Origin: Malacoraja senta
Taxonomy: Eukaryota
DNA length: 64,000 nucleotides
Direction of reading: 5' to 3'
Assembly (NCBI GenBank): GCA_038087875.1
Contig: CM076001.1
Span: 436,001-500,000 of the forward strand
In this document: positions 37,968-51,062 of the stretch, piece after piece
Layout of the letters: each line of letters starts with the position of its first letter
Position numbering within the stretch: the stretch's first letter is position 1
Made by a program: the position numbers and the translations under genes
The notes under the pieces: generated by a model
Seen by the model: the letters and a program-made list of their open reading frames with translations, nothing else
The model's database searches: none
What the model was told of the DNA's origin: nothing

Positions 37968-38650
37968 AATAGACAATAGACAATAGATGCAGGAGTAGGC
38001 CATTCGGCCCTTCGAGCCAGCACCACCATTCACTGTGATCATGGCTGATCATACACAATCAGTACCCCATTCCTGCCTTCTCCTTTGTCCCTTGACTCCG
38101 CTATCTTTAAGAGCTCTATCTAACTCTCTCTTGAAAGCATCGAGAACCGGCCTCCACTGCCTTCTGATGTAAAGAATTCCACAGATTCACAACTCTCTGG
38201 GTGAAAATGTTTATCCTCAATTTTGTTCTAAATGGCCAATCCCTTATTATTAAACTGTGTCCCCTGGTTCTGGACTCCCCCAACATCGGGAATATGTTTC
38301 CTGCCTCTAGCGTGTCCAATCCCTTAATAATATTATATGTTTCAATAATATCTCATCCTAAATTCCAGTGTATACAAGCCCAGTCGCTCCTTTCTTTCAA
38401 CATATGACAGTCCCGCCATCCCGGGAATTAACCTCGTGAACCGACCCTGCACTCCCTCAATAGCAAGAATGTCCTTCCTCAAATTTGGAGACCAAAACTG
38501 TGCACAATACTCCAGCTGTGATCTCACTAGGGCCCATTACAACTGAGAAGGACTTAGCTCCTATATTCAACTCCTTGTTATGAAGGCCAACATGCCATTA
38601 GGTTTCTTCATTGCCTGCTGTACCTGCATGCTTACTTTCAGTGACTGATG
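37968..38650 (-). mobile_element. CR1 3' fragment
   Basis: LEYCAQFWSPNLRKDI, GESRTRGHSL; tail. Confidence 0.9.
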
Positions 38651-38764
38651 CTTGCCTAATACATAATGCACTGTGGTTGAGGTTGTGAACCTATCTTATT
38701 GGCAACAAAAACACATTAAGTCATGTGCAGTTATTATTAAGAAATAAAGAAAAACAAAACTCAC

Positions 38765-38910
38765 TTCTTGATGACTTCTTCCAGGTCAACCTTCAGCTTC
38801 TCCATTTCGTTCAGACTGTCAATGGTCATCTTCAGGTCTCCTTCCAGCTTCCGCTTCCCCCTCTCAAGATCTGTCCGCAGCTGTTTCACCTGCTCCGAAC
38901 TGTATTCAAA
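38765..38910 (-). CDS. MYH16: Myosin heavy chain rod exon B (146 nt, phase 0-2): [48 protein letters not shown](K)
   Basis: Acceptor ttcttcgccAG, donor GTGAGT. 146 nt equals the conserved sarcomeric MYH exon ([24 protein letters not shown]). [23 protein letters not shown] matches recalled MYH16 rather than MYH1-8. Confidence 0.9.
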
Positions 38911-39356
38911 CTGGCGAAGAAATGTAGGTTGAAAAATTAATTTGCAGGTCCTGGATTTAAAAAAAATTACGAGCCGCTACGATAGCGAACTCATTTACGC
39001 AATGACAACAGAAACATCTTATCCATTCGTCATAATCCAGCAAATGCTCACCCTCAGTTTGGCATCAGAGAGGATGAGAAGGATAATGGGAGCGATACAA
39101 TATGTACTCTACCGGCAAGGAAAAGTTAGTACATTGAGATGGGGATACCTTTTCCATTACTGTCAGCATCAGGAACTCCCAATAATACGTGAAGCAACAC
39201 CAGGAGAATGGAAATCCATCCCCTAGTCCATCTCAATAGTGCAACTCATTCCAATGTTTGCAATTGCATTTCTGCCCAGGTTGGGGTACATTTGACCACT
39301 CCTGATCCCATCAAGATCCTTTGATTTCAATGCCCCCCTTTTTCATCAAATTGACC

Positions 39357-39635
39357 GGCACACTGGTGTAGTGGTAGAGCTGCTGCCTTACAGCACCAGA
39401 GACCCGGGTTCAATCCCGACTATGGATGCGGTCTATATGGCGTTTGTATTATCTCCCTGTGTGGGTTTTCTCCGGGCGCTCCAGTTTCCTCCCACACTCC
39501 AAAGATGTACAGGTTTATAGGTTGTATCCTAGTGTGTAGGATAGTGTTTGTTCGTGTTAGTGCACGAGGTGATCGCTGGTTGGCGTGGACTCGGTGGGCC
39601 GCAGGGCCTGTTTCTGCACTCTCTAAACTCTAAAC
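39357..39635 (+). mobile_element. tRNA-derived V-SINE (HE1-like)
   Basis: A box tggtgtagtgg, B box ggttcaatcc, V-domain, tctctaaactctaaa tail. Confidence 0.85.
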
Positions 39636-40139
39636 ACCGCTTAAATGCTACATCAACTAATATTACAGCAGTTTGTTTTGTCATTGCCAAATGAGCATTA
39701 GGAATGCAAACGAAAAATAGATTATTAGAAGAACTCAGCCAGGCAGGCAGCATCTTCAGGGAAGTTTTGTTGTTCTGTAACATGATTGCTTTCTCTTTCT
39801 ACGGATGCTGCATGATTAGCTGATTTCTTCCAGCATTTCTATTTCGGCTTCAGATTCCAGCATCTGCAGTTTTATTTGTTGGGTATCAGGAATCTATTTG
39901 AGACTGTGCCGAAAGTCATTTCAAGTACTGAAGGACTTTTTCAATTACCAGATGGGAAAGATTTCAATACCATCAATCTCGGCTCCAATTAACTTGCCTC
40001 AGTAATATCTGCAGACTATTGCTGAACAAAAATACAATCTCAGAAAACATTCCATTTGCCTCAACCAATGGTTGTGTTGTCTGATAGTTACCTTTGAATT
40101 TCTCTTCATTTATGGCTTTAGGCTTTGAGACTTGAGGTA

Positions 40140-40385
40140 CAGCATGGAAACAGGCCATTTATACCACCGAGCATGCTAACCAGTGAACACACTAGGGCCA
40201 ATTTACAATTTTACAAACCTGTACATCTTTGGAGTGTGTGAGGAAACCGGAGCACCTGGAGAAAACCCACACGGTCACAGGAAGAATGTTCACATTCCAT
40301 ACGGACAGCACCCGTAGCCAGGATCGAACCAGGGTCTCTGGCGCTATAAGGCAGCAGTTCTACCACTACGCCACTGTGCCGCCCA
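40140..40385 (-). mobile_element. tRNA-derived V-SINE (HE1-like)
   Basis: Minus strand ggcggcacagtggcgtagtggtaga...ggttcgatcc. Confidence 0.85.
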
Positions 40386-40764
40386 CTTCTGCCCATTGTC
40401 AAATAACCCTTTACACTTGTAGAACTTGACTTCTGGGTTTAATGAAGAATAAATCCATTTCATATTTATTGGTCAGTAAAATAAAATGTTCCCATTCATA
40501 CGGCATCTGAAACAGGTTCAAAGTGCTTCACAGTCAGTAAAGCATCTTTGAAGCGTGGGCACTATTTTGGGCCCTGTAATCTTCTGTGGGAGTTATTGTC
40601 CAGAATTGCTTTGTCTTTAGCTAATGTCTGTGCAACTTTCAATCATAAGAGAGAAATCACATCTTGGATTTTCCTGGTTCATCTGGCATAGTATCTCACT
40701 GGACAGTGGGGTTATCCACTGCATGAATTAACTACTAATTGCTTGTTAACAATAATCTAATAGT

Positions 40765-40792
40765 CTGAAGAAGGGTCTCGACCCGAAACGTC
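40765..40792 (+). ncRNA. Minimal type I hammerhead-ribozyme-like motif (representative copy) in a short PLE-derived insertion at 40759-40898
   Basis: CUGAAGA-A-GGGUC-UC-GACCC-GAAA-C-GUC; flanking aataatct at 40751-40758 and 40899-40906. Helix I is only about 2 bp in cis, so activity is uncertain. Confidence 0.7.
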
Positions 40793-41133
40793 ACCTATTC
40801 CTTTTCTCCAGAGATGCTGCCTGTCCCGCTGAGTTACTCCAGCTTTCTGTGTCTATATCATCAGTTTAAACCAGCTTCTGATGTTCCTTCCTACACATAA
40901 TAATCTTGTAGATCTACTATGAAATATATTTAGCTCCACAATGATTTACGTGGGAACCAGCTTGCACCAAATACTGTGACACTAACAGAAACTATTCTTT
41001 TTATATAAATCAGATCAAAGGTTTGCTGAAATTACAATAATGACTATAGTTATTATACCTCAAAATTGCTTCACAGACTATGAGTACTTTGAAACCACGA
41101 GATTATGAAATGTGCTATATAAATGCATTTTTT

Positions 41134-41333
41134 NNNNNNNNNNNNNNNNNNNNNNNNNNNNNNNNNNNNNNNNNNNNNNNNNNNNNNNNNNNNNNNNNNN
41201 NNNNNNNNNNNNNNNNNNNNNNNNNNNNNNNNNNNNNNNNNNNNNNNNNNNNNNNNNNNNNNNNNNNNNNNNNNNNNNNNNNNNNNNNNNNNNNNNNNNN
41301 NNNNNNNNNNNNNNNNNNNNNNNNNNNNNNNNN
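41134..41333. other. Assembly gap (200 N)
   Basis: Run of n. Confidence 1.
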
Positions 41334-42195
41334 AGACGCGTCTTCTTCAGACGTGTCCTGAGCTAGTCTCATTTGTCTGCATTTGGCCCATATATGTCTA
41401 AACTTTTCCAATCCATGTATTTGCCCCCAATGCTTGTTAAATATGGTTATTGTACCTGCCTCTACCTCTTAGTCTTCTATATGCCCCCCAATTCTGTGCG
41501 AGAAAAACAAGTCCCTCAAGTCCCCTTAAATCTTTTGCCTCTCAGTTTAAACCTATGCCCTTTAGTTTTAGACTCACCTATCCTGGGAAAGGAACTGTGA
41601 CTTTATCTACGCCCCATCTATAAGGTCATCCCTCAGCTTTCTTTGCCACAAGTAAAACATTCCCTGCGCATCCAATCTTTCCTTACGTATAACCCAAACC
41701 CTCCAATCCCGTTCAAAAGGGGGCAGTTTGAAAGGCTAATTAGCCATTAATTGTGGGTGTGGGTGGAAACTGGACCAGCCAAAGGAGACCCATGCAGTCA
41801 CTCCATACAGCAAACTCCACATGACAGCACCCACCAGATTGAATCCACAAGAACTGAGACAGCAGCACCTCCAGCAGTGCCACTGTCAGGTCCCTCAATC
41901 TTCCCACACCTCTGATGGACAACTGCATCAAACAACAGGAGTTGGTACTTTAAAAACTGCTGGTTGGTAAACAGTCACTGATTTCGTTGTCCACTACTTT
42001 CGTGCAAGCAATAATAATCTAGAGCTGCAAGGTGTTTCTCGGTGGAAGGACTGATTAAGGAATCATCCTTGAGATCTCGTACCATAAGAAATTTGTGGTA
42101 TTTTATTAAATAAAAGTAGTTTCTGAGATAAATCAGTCCTACTTCCATAATCATCAACAATACTCACTAACCATGTTCAATAATGATCCTTTCAT

Positions 42196-42498
42196 GTTTA
42201 GTTTAGACATTAAGCGCAGAAAAAGCCCTTCGGCCACCGAGTCCCCCTCCAACCAGCGATCCCCGTACACTAACATTATCCTACACACTAGGGACAATTT
42301 ACAATTACATCAAACCGATTCGCTTACAAACCTGCATGTCTTTGGAGTGTGGGAGGAAACCAGAGATCCCAGAGAAAACCCACGCAGGTCACGGGAGAAC
42401 GCACAAACTCCATACAGACAGCACCCGTAGTCAGGATCGAACCTGGTCCTCTGGCGCTGTAAGGCAACAACTCTACCATTGTGCCACTGTGCCGCCCC
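42196..42498 (-). mobile_element. tRNA-derived V-SINE (HE1-like)
   Basis: Head with A/B boxes, V-domain, ctaaactaaa tail. Confidence 0.88.
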
Positions 42499-42825
42499 TC
42501 AAATGTTGTTGAAAGCCTTGATCTAAACATCGTTGAATTCCAGAGGTACCGTGCAAATGTGGTAGTGAGCAGAAATGTCATGGCTGCAAGATCAGGTCGA
42601 GTATATTCGTGTTGAGTGGTTTAACTCCAGATTCATCAAACTTTTTCAAGGCCTGAAAATTGAATTGTCATAGAACCGAGTCTCTACTTGTTGAAGTGGC
42701 TGCAATAGTAAGTGAAGTAATCCCATCCAGAACAAAGCAAACTGCTTGAGTCGCATCTCATCTGCCAACTTAACCATTCACGCCTTTAGATCTGACATAC
42801 AATCCTACAATGTGATTTTTTCCTG

Positions 42826-43113
42826 CATGGTGGCGCAGTGGTAGAGCTACTGACTTACAGCGCCAGAGACATGGATTCCATCCTGACTGCAGGTGTTGTC
42901 TGCACTGAGTTTGTTACGCTCTCCCTATGATCTGCGTGTGTTTTATCAGAGATCTTCGGTTTCTCTCCATACTCCAAAAACCTACAGGTTTGTTTGGCTT
43001 TGGTATAAATGTAAAATTGTCCGCAGCATATGTTGGCTAGTGTAAGTGTGGGATTGCTGATCAGTGCGGATTCGCGGTAGGCCTGTTTCGCCCTGTATCT
43101 CTAAACAAACTAA
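42826..43113 (+). mobile_element. tRNA-derived V-SINE (HE1-like), inverted partner of 42196-42498
   Basis: tggcgcagtggtagag head; shares flanking unique sequence with the partner. Confidence 0.85.
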
Positions 43114-43144
43114 ACATGAAAGGGTCATTAGTGAACATGATGTT

Positions 43145-44283
43145 TGTTATGAGTTAGTTAGTCGACCTCACTATCTCCATCACAGGTAACAAACTACTGA
43201 GCCACTCTACGACAAACCCACTGACTTCCATGGCTATCGGGACTACACTTCTTCCCAACCCTGCTTCCTGAAGGACTCCATCCCCTACCCCCAATTCCTC
43301 TGTCTACACCGCATCTGCACCCAGGATGAGGTGTTCCACACCAGGGCATCGGAGATGTCCTCATTCTTAGTGAACCGGGTTCCCATCTTCAACTATAGAT
43401 GAGGCTCTCACCAGGGTCTCTTCTATACCCCGTGACTCTGCTCTCACTCCCCATCCCCCACTCGTAACAAGGGGCAGAGTCCCCCTTGTCCTCACCATTC
43501 CACCCTACCGAGCCGTCACATGCAACAAATAATCCTCCAACATTTTCACCACCTCCAACGTGATCCCACCACTGTCCACATCTTCCCATCTCCTCCCCTT
43601 TCGGCTTTACGCAGAGACCGCTCCTCCGTAACTCCCTGGTCAATTGTCCTTCCCACCCAAACCACCCCCTCCCCTGACACTTTCTCTTGCAACCGCAGGA
43701 AATGCTACACTTGTCCACTTTACTTTACCCCTTAACTCATCCAAGGACCTAAGCAGTCTTTCCAGATGCGGCAGAGATTCACGTGCACCTCTCCCAACCT
43801 CATCTATTGCATCCGCTGCTCTAGGTGTCAGCTGCTCTACATCGGTGAGACTAAGCGGAGGCTCGGCGATCGCTTCACCCAACACTTTAGCTCAGTTCGC
43901 AATAACCAACCTGATCTCCCGGTGGCTTTGCATTTCAACTCCCTCCTCCCATTCCGAATCCGACCTTCTGTCCTGGCCTCCTCCATGGCCAGAGTGAGGC
44001 CCACCGTAAATTGGAGGAGCAGCACCTCATATTTCGCTTGGTAGTTTAGCACCCCAGCGGTATGAACATTGACTTCTACAATTTCAGGTAGACCTTGCTT
44101 TCTCCCTCTTTCCCCTCCCCAGCTCTCCCACAGCCCACTGTCCATGCCTCTTCCTTTCTTCTTCCCTCCCCAACCACCCCCACATCAGTCCTGAAGAATG
44201 GTCTCGACCCGAAACGTCACCTATTCCTTAGCTCTATAGATGCTGCCTCACCCGCTGAGTTTCTCGAGCATTTTTATCTACCT
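43145..44283 (+). mobile_element. Penelope-like element, 5' truncated: RT C-terminus, Cys linker, GIY-YIG endonuclease, pseudo-LTR with hammerhead motif
   Basis: YDKPTDFHGYRDYTSS, KDSIPYPQFL.LHRIC, CNRRKCYTCP, RFTCTSPNLIYCIRCSRCQLLYIGETKRRLGDRF.QH; motif at 44191-44218; atgatgtt at 43137-43144 and 44284-44291. Confidence 0.92.
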
Positions 44284-45309
44284 ATGATGTTAGTGAGTAT
44301 TGTTGATGATTATTGAAGCACTGATTTATCTCAGAAGATAATTCTAGCTAATAAAATACCACAAATTCCTTCTGGCACGAGGTCTCAAGGATGGTTCCTT
44401 GATCAGTCCTTCCATTGAGAAGAACCTTGCAGCTCATGATTTGTTATTTGTTTGGCCGAAGGGCCTGTTCCGAGCTGTATCTCAAAATTAAACTCTCAAA
44501 TCCAGGGCCCAGCAGCTCAAGGAGGCAGGGCCACATGTCCAACACCTCAAGGTTTTCTTCACAGCTTGACTAGGATACCATACCTTGAAATATCTGCTCA
44601 GAAAATACAACAACATATAGTTCATGCTTTGTTTTGTACTCCACTTACCAAAATTGCTACTGCTGACTATAGAAACTATAGAATAGTTTATTGTATGAAA
44701 TGATGCTGATTGAATAACATTACTCTATTACTTCAATAACACCATCCAGCTATCTAAAAATATTAAAGTCTCTAAAAATACTGAATCAAATAATATCATA
44801 ACACACACGGAAGTCTGAATATTAATCATGAATAACTTGGAAAATGTAGAGATTTCGCTAAGTTACATTTAAATGGACAGAAAAGTACAGGATGTTTCCT
44901 GTGATCTCCTGACAAGGACCCTGCCTTGACTAGAGAACCAGCCTTTCTCCGTCATTTTTGTATCATTGAATCGTGAGTCAAGCAGCACAGAAACATTCCT
45001 TTAGCCCACCGTATCCGTGTCGACCATCCAATACCCATCTGTATCTCCGTAAAAACAAAGGACCAAAGTTGCTGGTTAATACACAAAAGGACACAAAGTG
45101 CTGGGAGTAACTCAGATCAGGCAGCATCTCTGTAGAACACAGATAGGTGGCCAGCCAGTGAAGGGTCATAGTCATAGTGATACAGCATGAAACAGGCCCT
45201 ACGGCCCAGCTTGCCCATACTGGCCAACATGACCCAGAGTACAATAGTCCCACCTACTCGCGTTTGGCCCATATCCCTCCAAACCCGTCCTATCCATGTA
45301 GTTGTCTAA

Positions 45310-46088
45310 AGGGCCCTGTCCCACCTATGCAACTTTTCAGCAAACTATCTGCGACCTTCAAGCTCAGGGCACTCGCCTGAAAAACCGCGAGCTGGATCGA
45401 CCGTCAGTGCTGAACACACATACACACACACAAACACATCGCAAAGGCGGGGGCCAGGAAAGCGGGTGAGTGCAGTCTGAAATTCACACGGTGCAAAGCC
45501 TAGGTGATACCCGTGATGAACAGGAAGGTTAAATACGTCTGCACAGTGTACAGTAAGTCCTTTAAAGAGTGTGGAGGGGGGGGGAGGGGAAGGGGGGGGG
45601 AGAAGGGGGGGGGGGGGGGAAGGGAGAGAAGGGGGGAGAAGGGGGGGGGGAGAAGGAGTGGGGACACTTTTAAGAAGCCAGACAACTTTAATAAGCCAGA
45701 GATGCACAGCTGTGAAGTTTAGCGACATTTAACATTACCGTCGGTTTTCCTTGGTTCTGAAAACTCGTGCTTACGTTTTTTCCCCCCCAATTTGCCCGGT
45801 CAGCAAAGGAGATTACCTACAGCTACTTCGACTACCTACAATGACATGACGACCCCACTACCACTACACTATGAGTTCAAAAGTATTGATTTTCTCAATG
45901 CCGACCAATTTTTACTCGCAGAAAATATTCAGCTTGTTGAAAACTTTTCCTCGACCAAACTGAGGCCTCCCGAACATGAAGGATACTTACCAGTGACCCC
46001 TCTGGCCATGTGTCGACCATGCTGCGAGCTTGTGGCAAGGCAAACTCTCCTAAACTCGCAAATAAGGTCGCCATAGTGGACAGGCCCT
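45310..46088. mobile_element. Harbinger-type MITE inserted in a CR1 tail
   Basis: agggccctgtcccac / gtggacaggccct; TAA TSD at 45307-45309 and 46089-46091. Confidence 0.85.
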
Positions 46089-46319
46089 TAACTGTTTCTT
46101 AAACGTTGGGACAGTCCCTGCCTCAACTACCTCCTGTGGCAGCTTGTCCTGACCCCCAAAGGTCACCTATCCACGTTCTCCAGATAAGCTGCCTGATCTG
46201 CTGAGTTACCGCAGCACCTTGGGTTCCATCTGTACTAATCCTATTGCCCAGCACTCTGTCCAGCACCTTCTGAACCATGGGCTTCAAGAGCTCATCTAAA
46301 CACATCTTATGCTGCATCC

Positions 46320-47350
46320 AAGAAGGCTGCAGGGAAAATGCTGGGAACTATAGGCCGGTTAGCTGAACATCTGCAGTTGGAAATTTATCAGAGAGTATTC
46401 TGAGGGATAGGTTATACAGGCATTTGGATGGGCAAGGGCTGATTTGGGATAGTCAGCATGATATTATATGTGGGAGGTCGTGTGTCACAAATCTGATTGA
46501 TTTTTTTGAAGACGTGACCAAAAATGTCGATGATGGCACAGATGTTGTGTGCATGGATTACAGAGAAGTGTGAGGTGTTGTATTTGGGACGTCTAACGAG
46601 GGCAGGACCTACACAGTAAATGGTAGGCCTCTGGATAGTTTTGTAGAGCAGAGGGATCTAGGACGGCAGGTGCATGGTTCCTTGAAGGTCGAGTCGCAGG
46701 TAGATAAGGTGGTCAAAAAGGCTTTTGGCCCATTGGCCTTCATCAGTCAGAGTATTGAGTATAGAAGTTGGGAGTCATGTTGCAATTGTATAAGACATTG
46801 GTGAGACCGCATTTAGAATATCGTGTTCAGTTCTGGGCACCATGTTATATGAGAGGTTGAGCTTGAAAGGTTTCAGAAAAGATTACCAAGGATGTTGCCA
46901 GGACTAGAGGGTGTGAGCTGTAGGGAGAGGTTGAGTAGGCTGGGTCTCTATTCCTTGAAGCGCAGGATGATGAGGGGTGATCTTATAGAGGTGTACAAAC
47001 TCATGAAAGGAATAGATCGGGTAGATGCACAGATTTTCTTGCCCAGAGTACGGGAATCGAGGAACAGAGAACATAGGTTCAAGGTGAAGGGGAAAAGATT
47101 TAATAGGAATCTGGGGGGTGACTTTTTTACACAATGGTTGTGGGTGTATGGAACAAGCTGCCAGAGGAGTAGTTGAGTTGGACTATCCCGTTGTTTAGAG
47201 AAACAATTAGACAGGTACATGGAAAGGACAGGTTTGGTGGGATATGGACCAGGTGCAGGCAGGTGGGACTTGTGTAGCTGGGACATGTTGGCCAATGTGG
47301 GCAAGTTGGACCGAAGGGCCTGTATCCACACCATATCACTCTATGACTAC
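46320..47350 (+). mobile_element. CR1 RT/3' fragment with internal deletion
   Basis: GNYRPVS, NLIDFFEDVT, MLPGLEGVSCRERLSRLGLYSL, 3' tail. Confidence 0.88.
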
Positions 47351-47514
47351 ATGTTGTAAGATAACTGCCTTCATCATCACCACATGCAGTGTATTCCAGG
47401 TTTGGGTGATTAATTCTCTCAATCTGTTCACCCCCAATCACAGTTTTCTCCATTCGAAGGAAAACAACCCCATTCTCTCCGGTCTTTCTTTGTAGCTGAA
47501 ATGTGTTTTACCCG

Positions 47515-47850
47515 ACAAAAATGCTGGAGTAACTCAGCAGTCAGGCAGCATTTCTGGAGAGAAGGAATGGGTGACATTTTGGATCGAAACCCTTCTTCAG
47601 ACTGAGAGTCAGGGAAGAGGGGAGTCTAGAGATATGGAAGGTAATGTGTGAAAACAAGTGATCAAAGGGGACGAAGTTCAAGGAAAATGTAGAATAGATC
47701 ATTGTTATCTTGGGGAAGATGACAACGAAGCATACAAAGATAAATATGTAATCAGAGGGCAATCAAACTGGTTGGTGAACTAGGAAGTGGGAGGGATGGA
47801 GAGAGAGGGAAAGCAAGTGTTCAATATTCATACCACTGGGTTGTAAGCGC
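47515..47850 (-). mobile_element. PLE 3' fragment
   Basis: Family sequence with a degenerate hammerhead motif near 47572-47603. Confidence 0.75.
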
Positions 47851-47865
47851 CCAAGCTAGTACCAA

Positions 47866-47982
47866 GTGTTTAAGAAGGAGGAAACTGTCTGAAGAAGGGT
47901 TTCGGCCCAAAACGTTGCCTATCTCCTTCGCTCCATTGATGCTGCTGCACCCGCTGAGTTTCTCCAGCATTTTTGTGTACCT
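47866..47982. mobile_element. 117-bp PLE-derived insertion with hammerhead motif
   Basis: Perfect 15-bp TSD ccaagctagtaccaa at 47851-47865 and 47983-47997. Confidence 0.88.
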
Positions 47983-48991
47983 CCAAGCTAGTACCAATTC
48001 TAGTTTAATTTGAAGATTTGCAATGTCAATTTTTTCAATCTTAAGTCATAGGTCAACTACAGAGATATTCTGCACCATGCATTTTATTAATTTTGTTTTG
48101 AAGTATTTGGTACAACATTCAAATGGAGGAAGTTTCAAAGTTCGCTCCATCCAGCATTATAAGACTCCCTTATAGCTTATTTCAAACGTTACCAGTGATA
48201 GACTGTTGTGAATGATTGAGCCTTCTTCAATCAGCTTTCAAACCATTGGTTACCAATTAAAATGGTCACACTTTGATTCTGAATTTGCAGAGTAAACTGC
48301 TAACTTATCCCACTGTCAGTGAGAGTTTTAGATAGTGCAGCGACCTTTCCCTTACCTTACCCCCTTCTGGCTGAATCTTCTCAGACTTGTGACCTGCCTT
48401 GTAGCTTTTGCCATATTGGAACTGTGCTCCTGTTAGTCACATAGTTGCTTAGCAACAGGAATCCTAGTGTATCCAGATGGAGCAGTTATTAAGCTATATT
48501 TTCTAATCAACATAGTTCCAGCACTGAGACCAACCTGTTTGAATATAGCGGTGTTGGAACAATCCGTCCGAAAATCCTTTCTAATCTGTCGGGCAGCTAT
48601 TACCAAGGTGACAGAAAATTTTGGATTGAATCAGAGAAGACTCCCACAGACAATGGAGTTGGCAAATGACTAAAGCTCTGGGTCAAAGGGCAATGGCAAC
48701 AGCTGGGAAAAAACACTGGAAGAAAAGGAGGAAAAACTGTGATGCTGAATTCAATGCTTATCAGCTGATCGTGGGAGTGCAGAAGCCTTAGAAAAGCAAG
48801 TTTTTCTTCCAAGCAGCTTCGGTGCAAATCTCTCGTGAACTTGTAATAAAAGAAACTAGCGTAAACCTCTACTTTGTAAAAGGTATGACAACAATTAAAT
48901 ACATGGATAAAAATGTTAATTAGGTCAGATTTTGCACAAACCAAATTAAAAAAACCAGGCGACCAAATAAAGTGGTTTAAGGTTGTCCCAA

Positions 48992-49651
48992 TGGGCCTGT
49001 CCCACTTAGGTGACTGCAGGAGACTATGCAGTCGCCACATGGTCGCCACATGTTCGCGGGTGTTTGCTGGGGAATCGCCTTCATGGTCATGAGGAGTTCC
49101 CGCATTCTGGGAATTGTTCGCAGCCTCATTATGGACGCCGTGAATTTTTCAACATGTTGAAAAATTAGCGGCGACTAGAATGAAGCCGCCATGGAGAGTA
49201 GCGAGTAGGTGGGTCGCCAGGAGGTCGAAGATTCTCGTAGGTTGTAGCTGGTGCTGACCGGTGAATTTCATTGGCACATTGGGAAAAAAAAGTTAAGCAG
49301 TATTTTTCAGAACAAAGGATAACCAACCGGTAATGTTAAATGTCCACCGAGCTTCACAGCCGTGTATCTCTGGCTTCTTAAAAGTCGTCTCCACTCCTTC
49401 TCCCCCCTTCTTCCACTCCTCCTCCCCCCTCTTTTAAAGGACTTACCGTACACTGTGCTTTAGCCATCTTTTTACAGCGCCAACCTTCCTGTTCATGGCG
49501 GTGTGTGTCTGTTTCATCTTGGCTTTGCATCGTGTGAATTTTTGTGTGCGTGTGCGTGTGTACGTGTGCGTATGCGTGTGCGTGTGTGTGTGCGTGTGTG
49601 TATGTGTGTGTGTGTGTGTGTGTTCCACTCTGCCTAAGTGGGACAGGCCCA
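48992..49651. mobile_element. Harbinger-type MITE
   Basis: tgggcctgtcccacttagg / cctaagtgggacaggccca; flanks caa and taa; interior is an inverted match to part of 45310-46088. Confidence 0.85.
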
Positions 49652-50189
49652 TAATTGTTTTCCTTCATTCATGTGTGTGTCACCTCCTCAACAGTAAACA
49701 CAAATGGTAACTTTGGCCCGTCCGCTCCCCCTCTGTTGCTCCCTCTCCCATTCCTTCTCTCCAGAGATACTGCCTGTCCTGTCAAGTAACTCCAACTTTT
49801 TGTGTCTATCTACAGTCCAGGTCAGTTGTCTGTAGGTGCTTTGTGTGTCAGACATCACTGATATAGGCAGGATTTTGGTTGATTCCAAGAAAATGAGTTT
49901 GCCACACAAACAAGGACATAGGCACTTCAGTAGCTTTATATTTCAACCCAAATTTTTAAGATGAGGTTCAACTAGAAAATATGTTACTTCCAATAAAATA
50001 ATAATGTTATTATCACGAAGCTTTGAAACAGAGTTCAACCTCCCGCCAAATGTCAGCAACATTACTACAATTCATCGCAATATCCCAGTAAAGAACAAGA
50101 ATCTCAATTGCAACAAACAGTTTCCACAGATTGAATAAAGGAACTGAAGGACATCTTTGCTTTTTTACGATGAACTGTGAATGATTCTT

Positions 50190-51062
50190 TTATAGAGCCA
50201 TACATCATGGAAACAGGCCACTATGGCCCAACTTGCCCATGCCAACCAAGCTGCCCAATCCACACTAGTCCCACCTGCTGGCATTTAGCCCACACCACTC
50301 TCAACCTTTCCTATCCATGTACCTGTCCTAATGTCCTTTAAATGTTGTTATAGTACCTGCCACGACTACCTCCTCTGGCAGCTCGTTCCATGTACTCACT
50401 ACCATCTTTGTGAAAAAGTTTCCCCTCGGGTTCCTATTAAATCCTCTCACCTTAAACCTATGTCCTCTGATTCTTGATTCCCCTATTCTGGGTATAGACT
50501 GTGCATCTACCCGATCTATTCCCCTCATGATCATATGTCTCTATAAGATCACTCCTCATCCTGCTGTGCTCCAAGGAATACAGTCCTAGCCTGCCCAACC
50601 CCTCCCTATAGCTCAGGCCCATAAGACCTGGCAACATCCTCGTAAATCTTCTCTGCACCCTTTCCAGCTTAACAACCTTCCCAAAGCAGGGTGACGAGAA
50701 CTGAGCACAATACTCCAAACGTGGCTTCATCAACGTCTTGTACAACTGGATATTAACATCATAACTTCTATACTTATGAAGGTCAATTTACCAAAAACAT
50801 TCTTGACCACCTTATATAGCTGTGACGCCACTTTCAAGGAAATATGTACCCACACCTCTGCTCCACAACACTCCCCAGAGCCCTACCACTCACTACAAAG
50901 GTTCCTGATATGACTTCCAAAATGCAACGCTCACACTTATCTGCATGAAACTCCATTAACCATTCCTCACCCACTAGCCCAACTGAGCAAGATCCTGGTG
51001 TAATTTTTGATAACTATCTTTGCTATCTACGATACCATCCACTTTAATGTCATCTGCAAACT
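50190..51062 (-). mobile_element. CR1 RT/3' fragment
   Basis: KFADDIKV, KPRLEYCAQF, LERVQRRFTRMLPG. Confidence 0.88.

Noticed and set aside
39357..39430. tRNA-like sequences at SINE heads
   Set aside because: They are heads of V-SINEs followed by V-domain and LINE tail, not tRNA genes
41080..41411. ORFs spanning X residues
   Set aside because: Artefacts of the N gap
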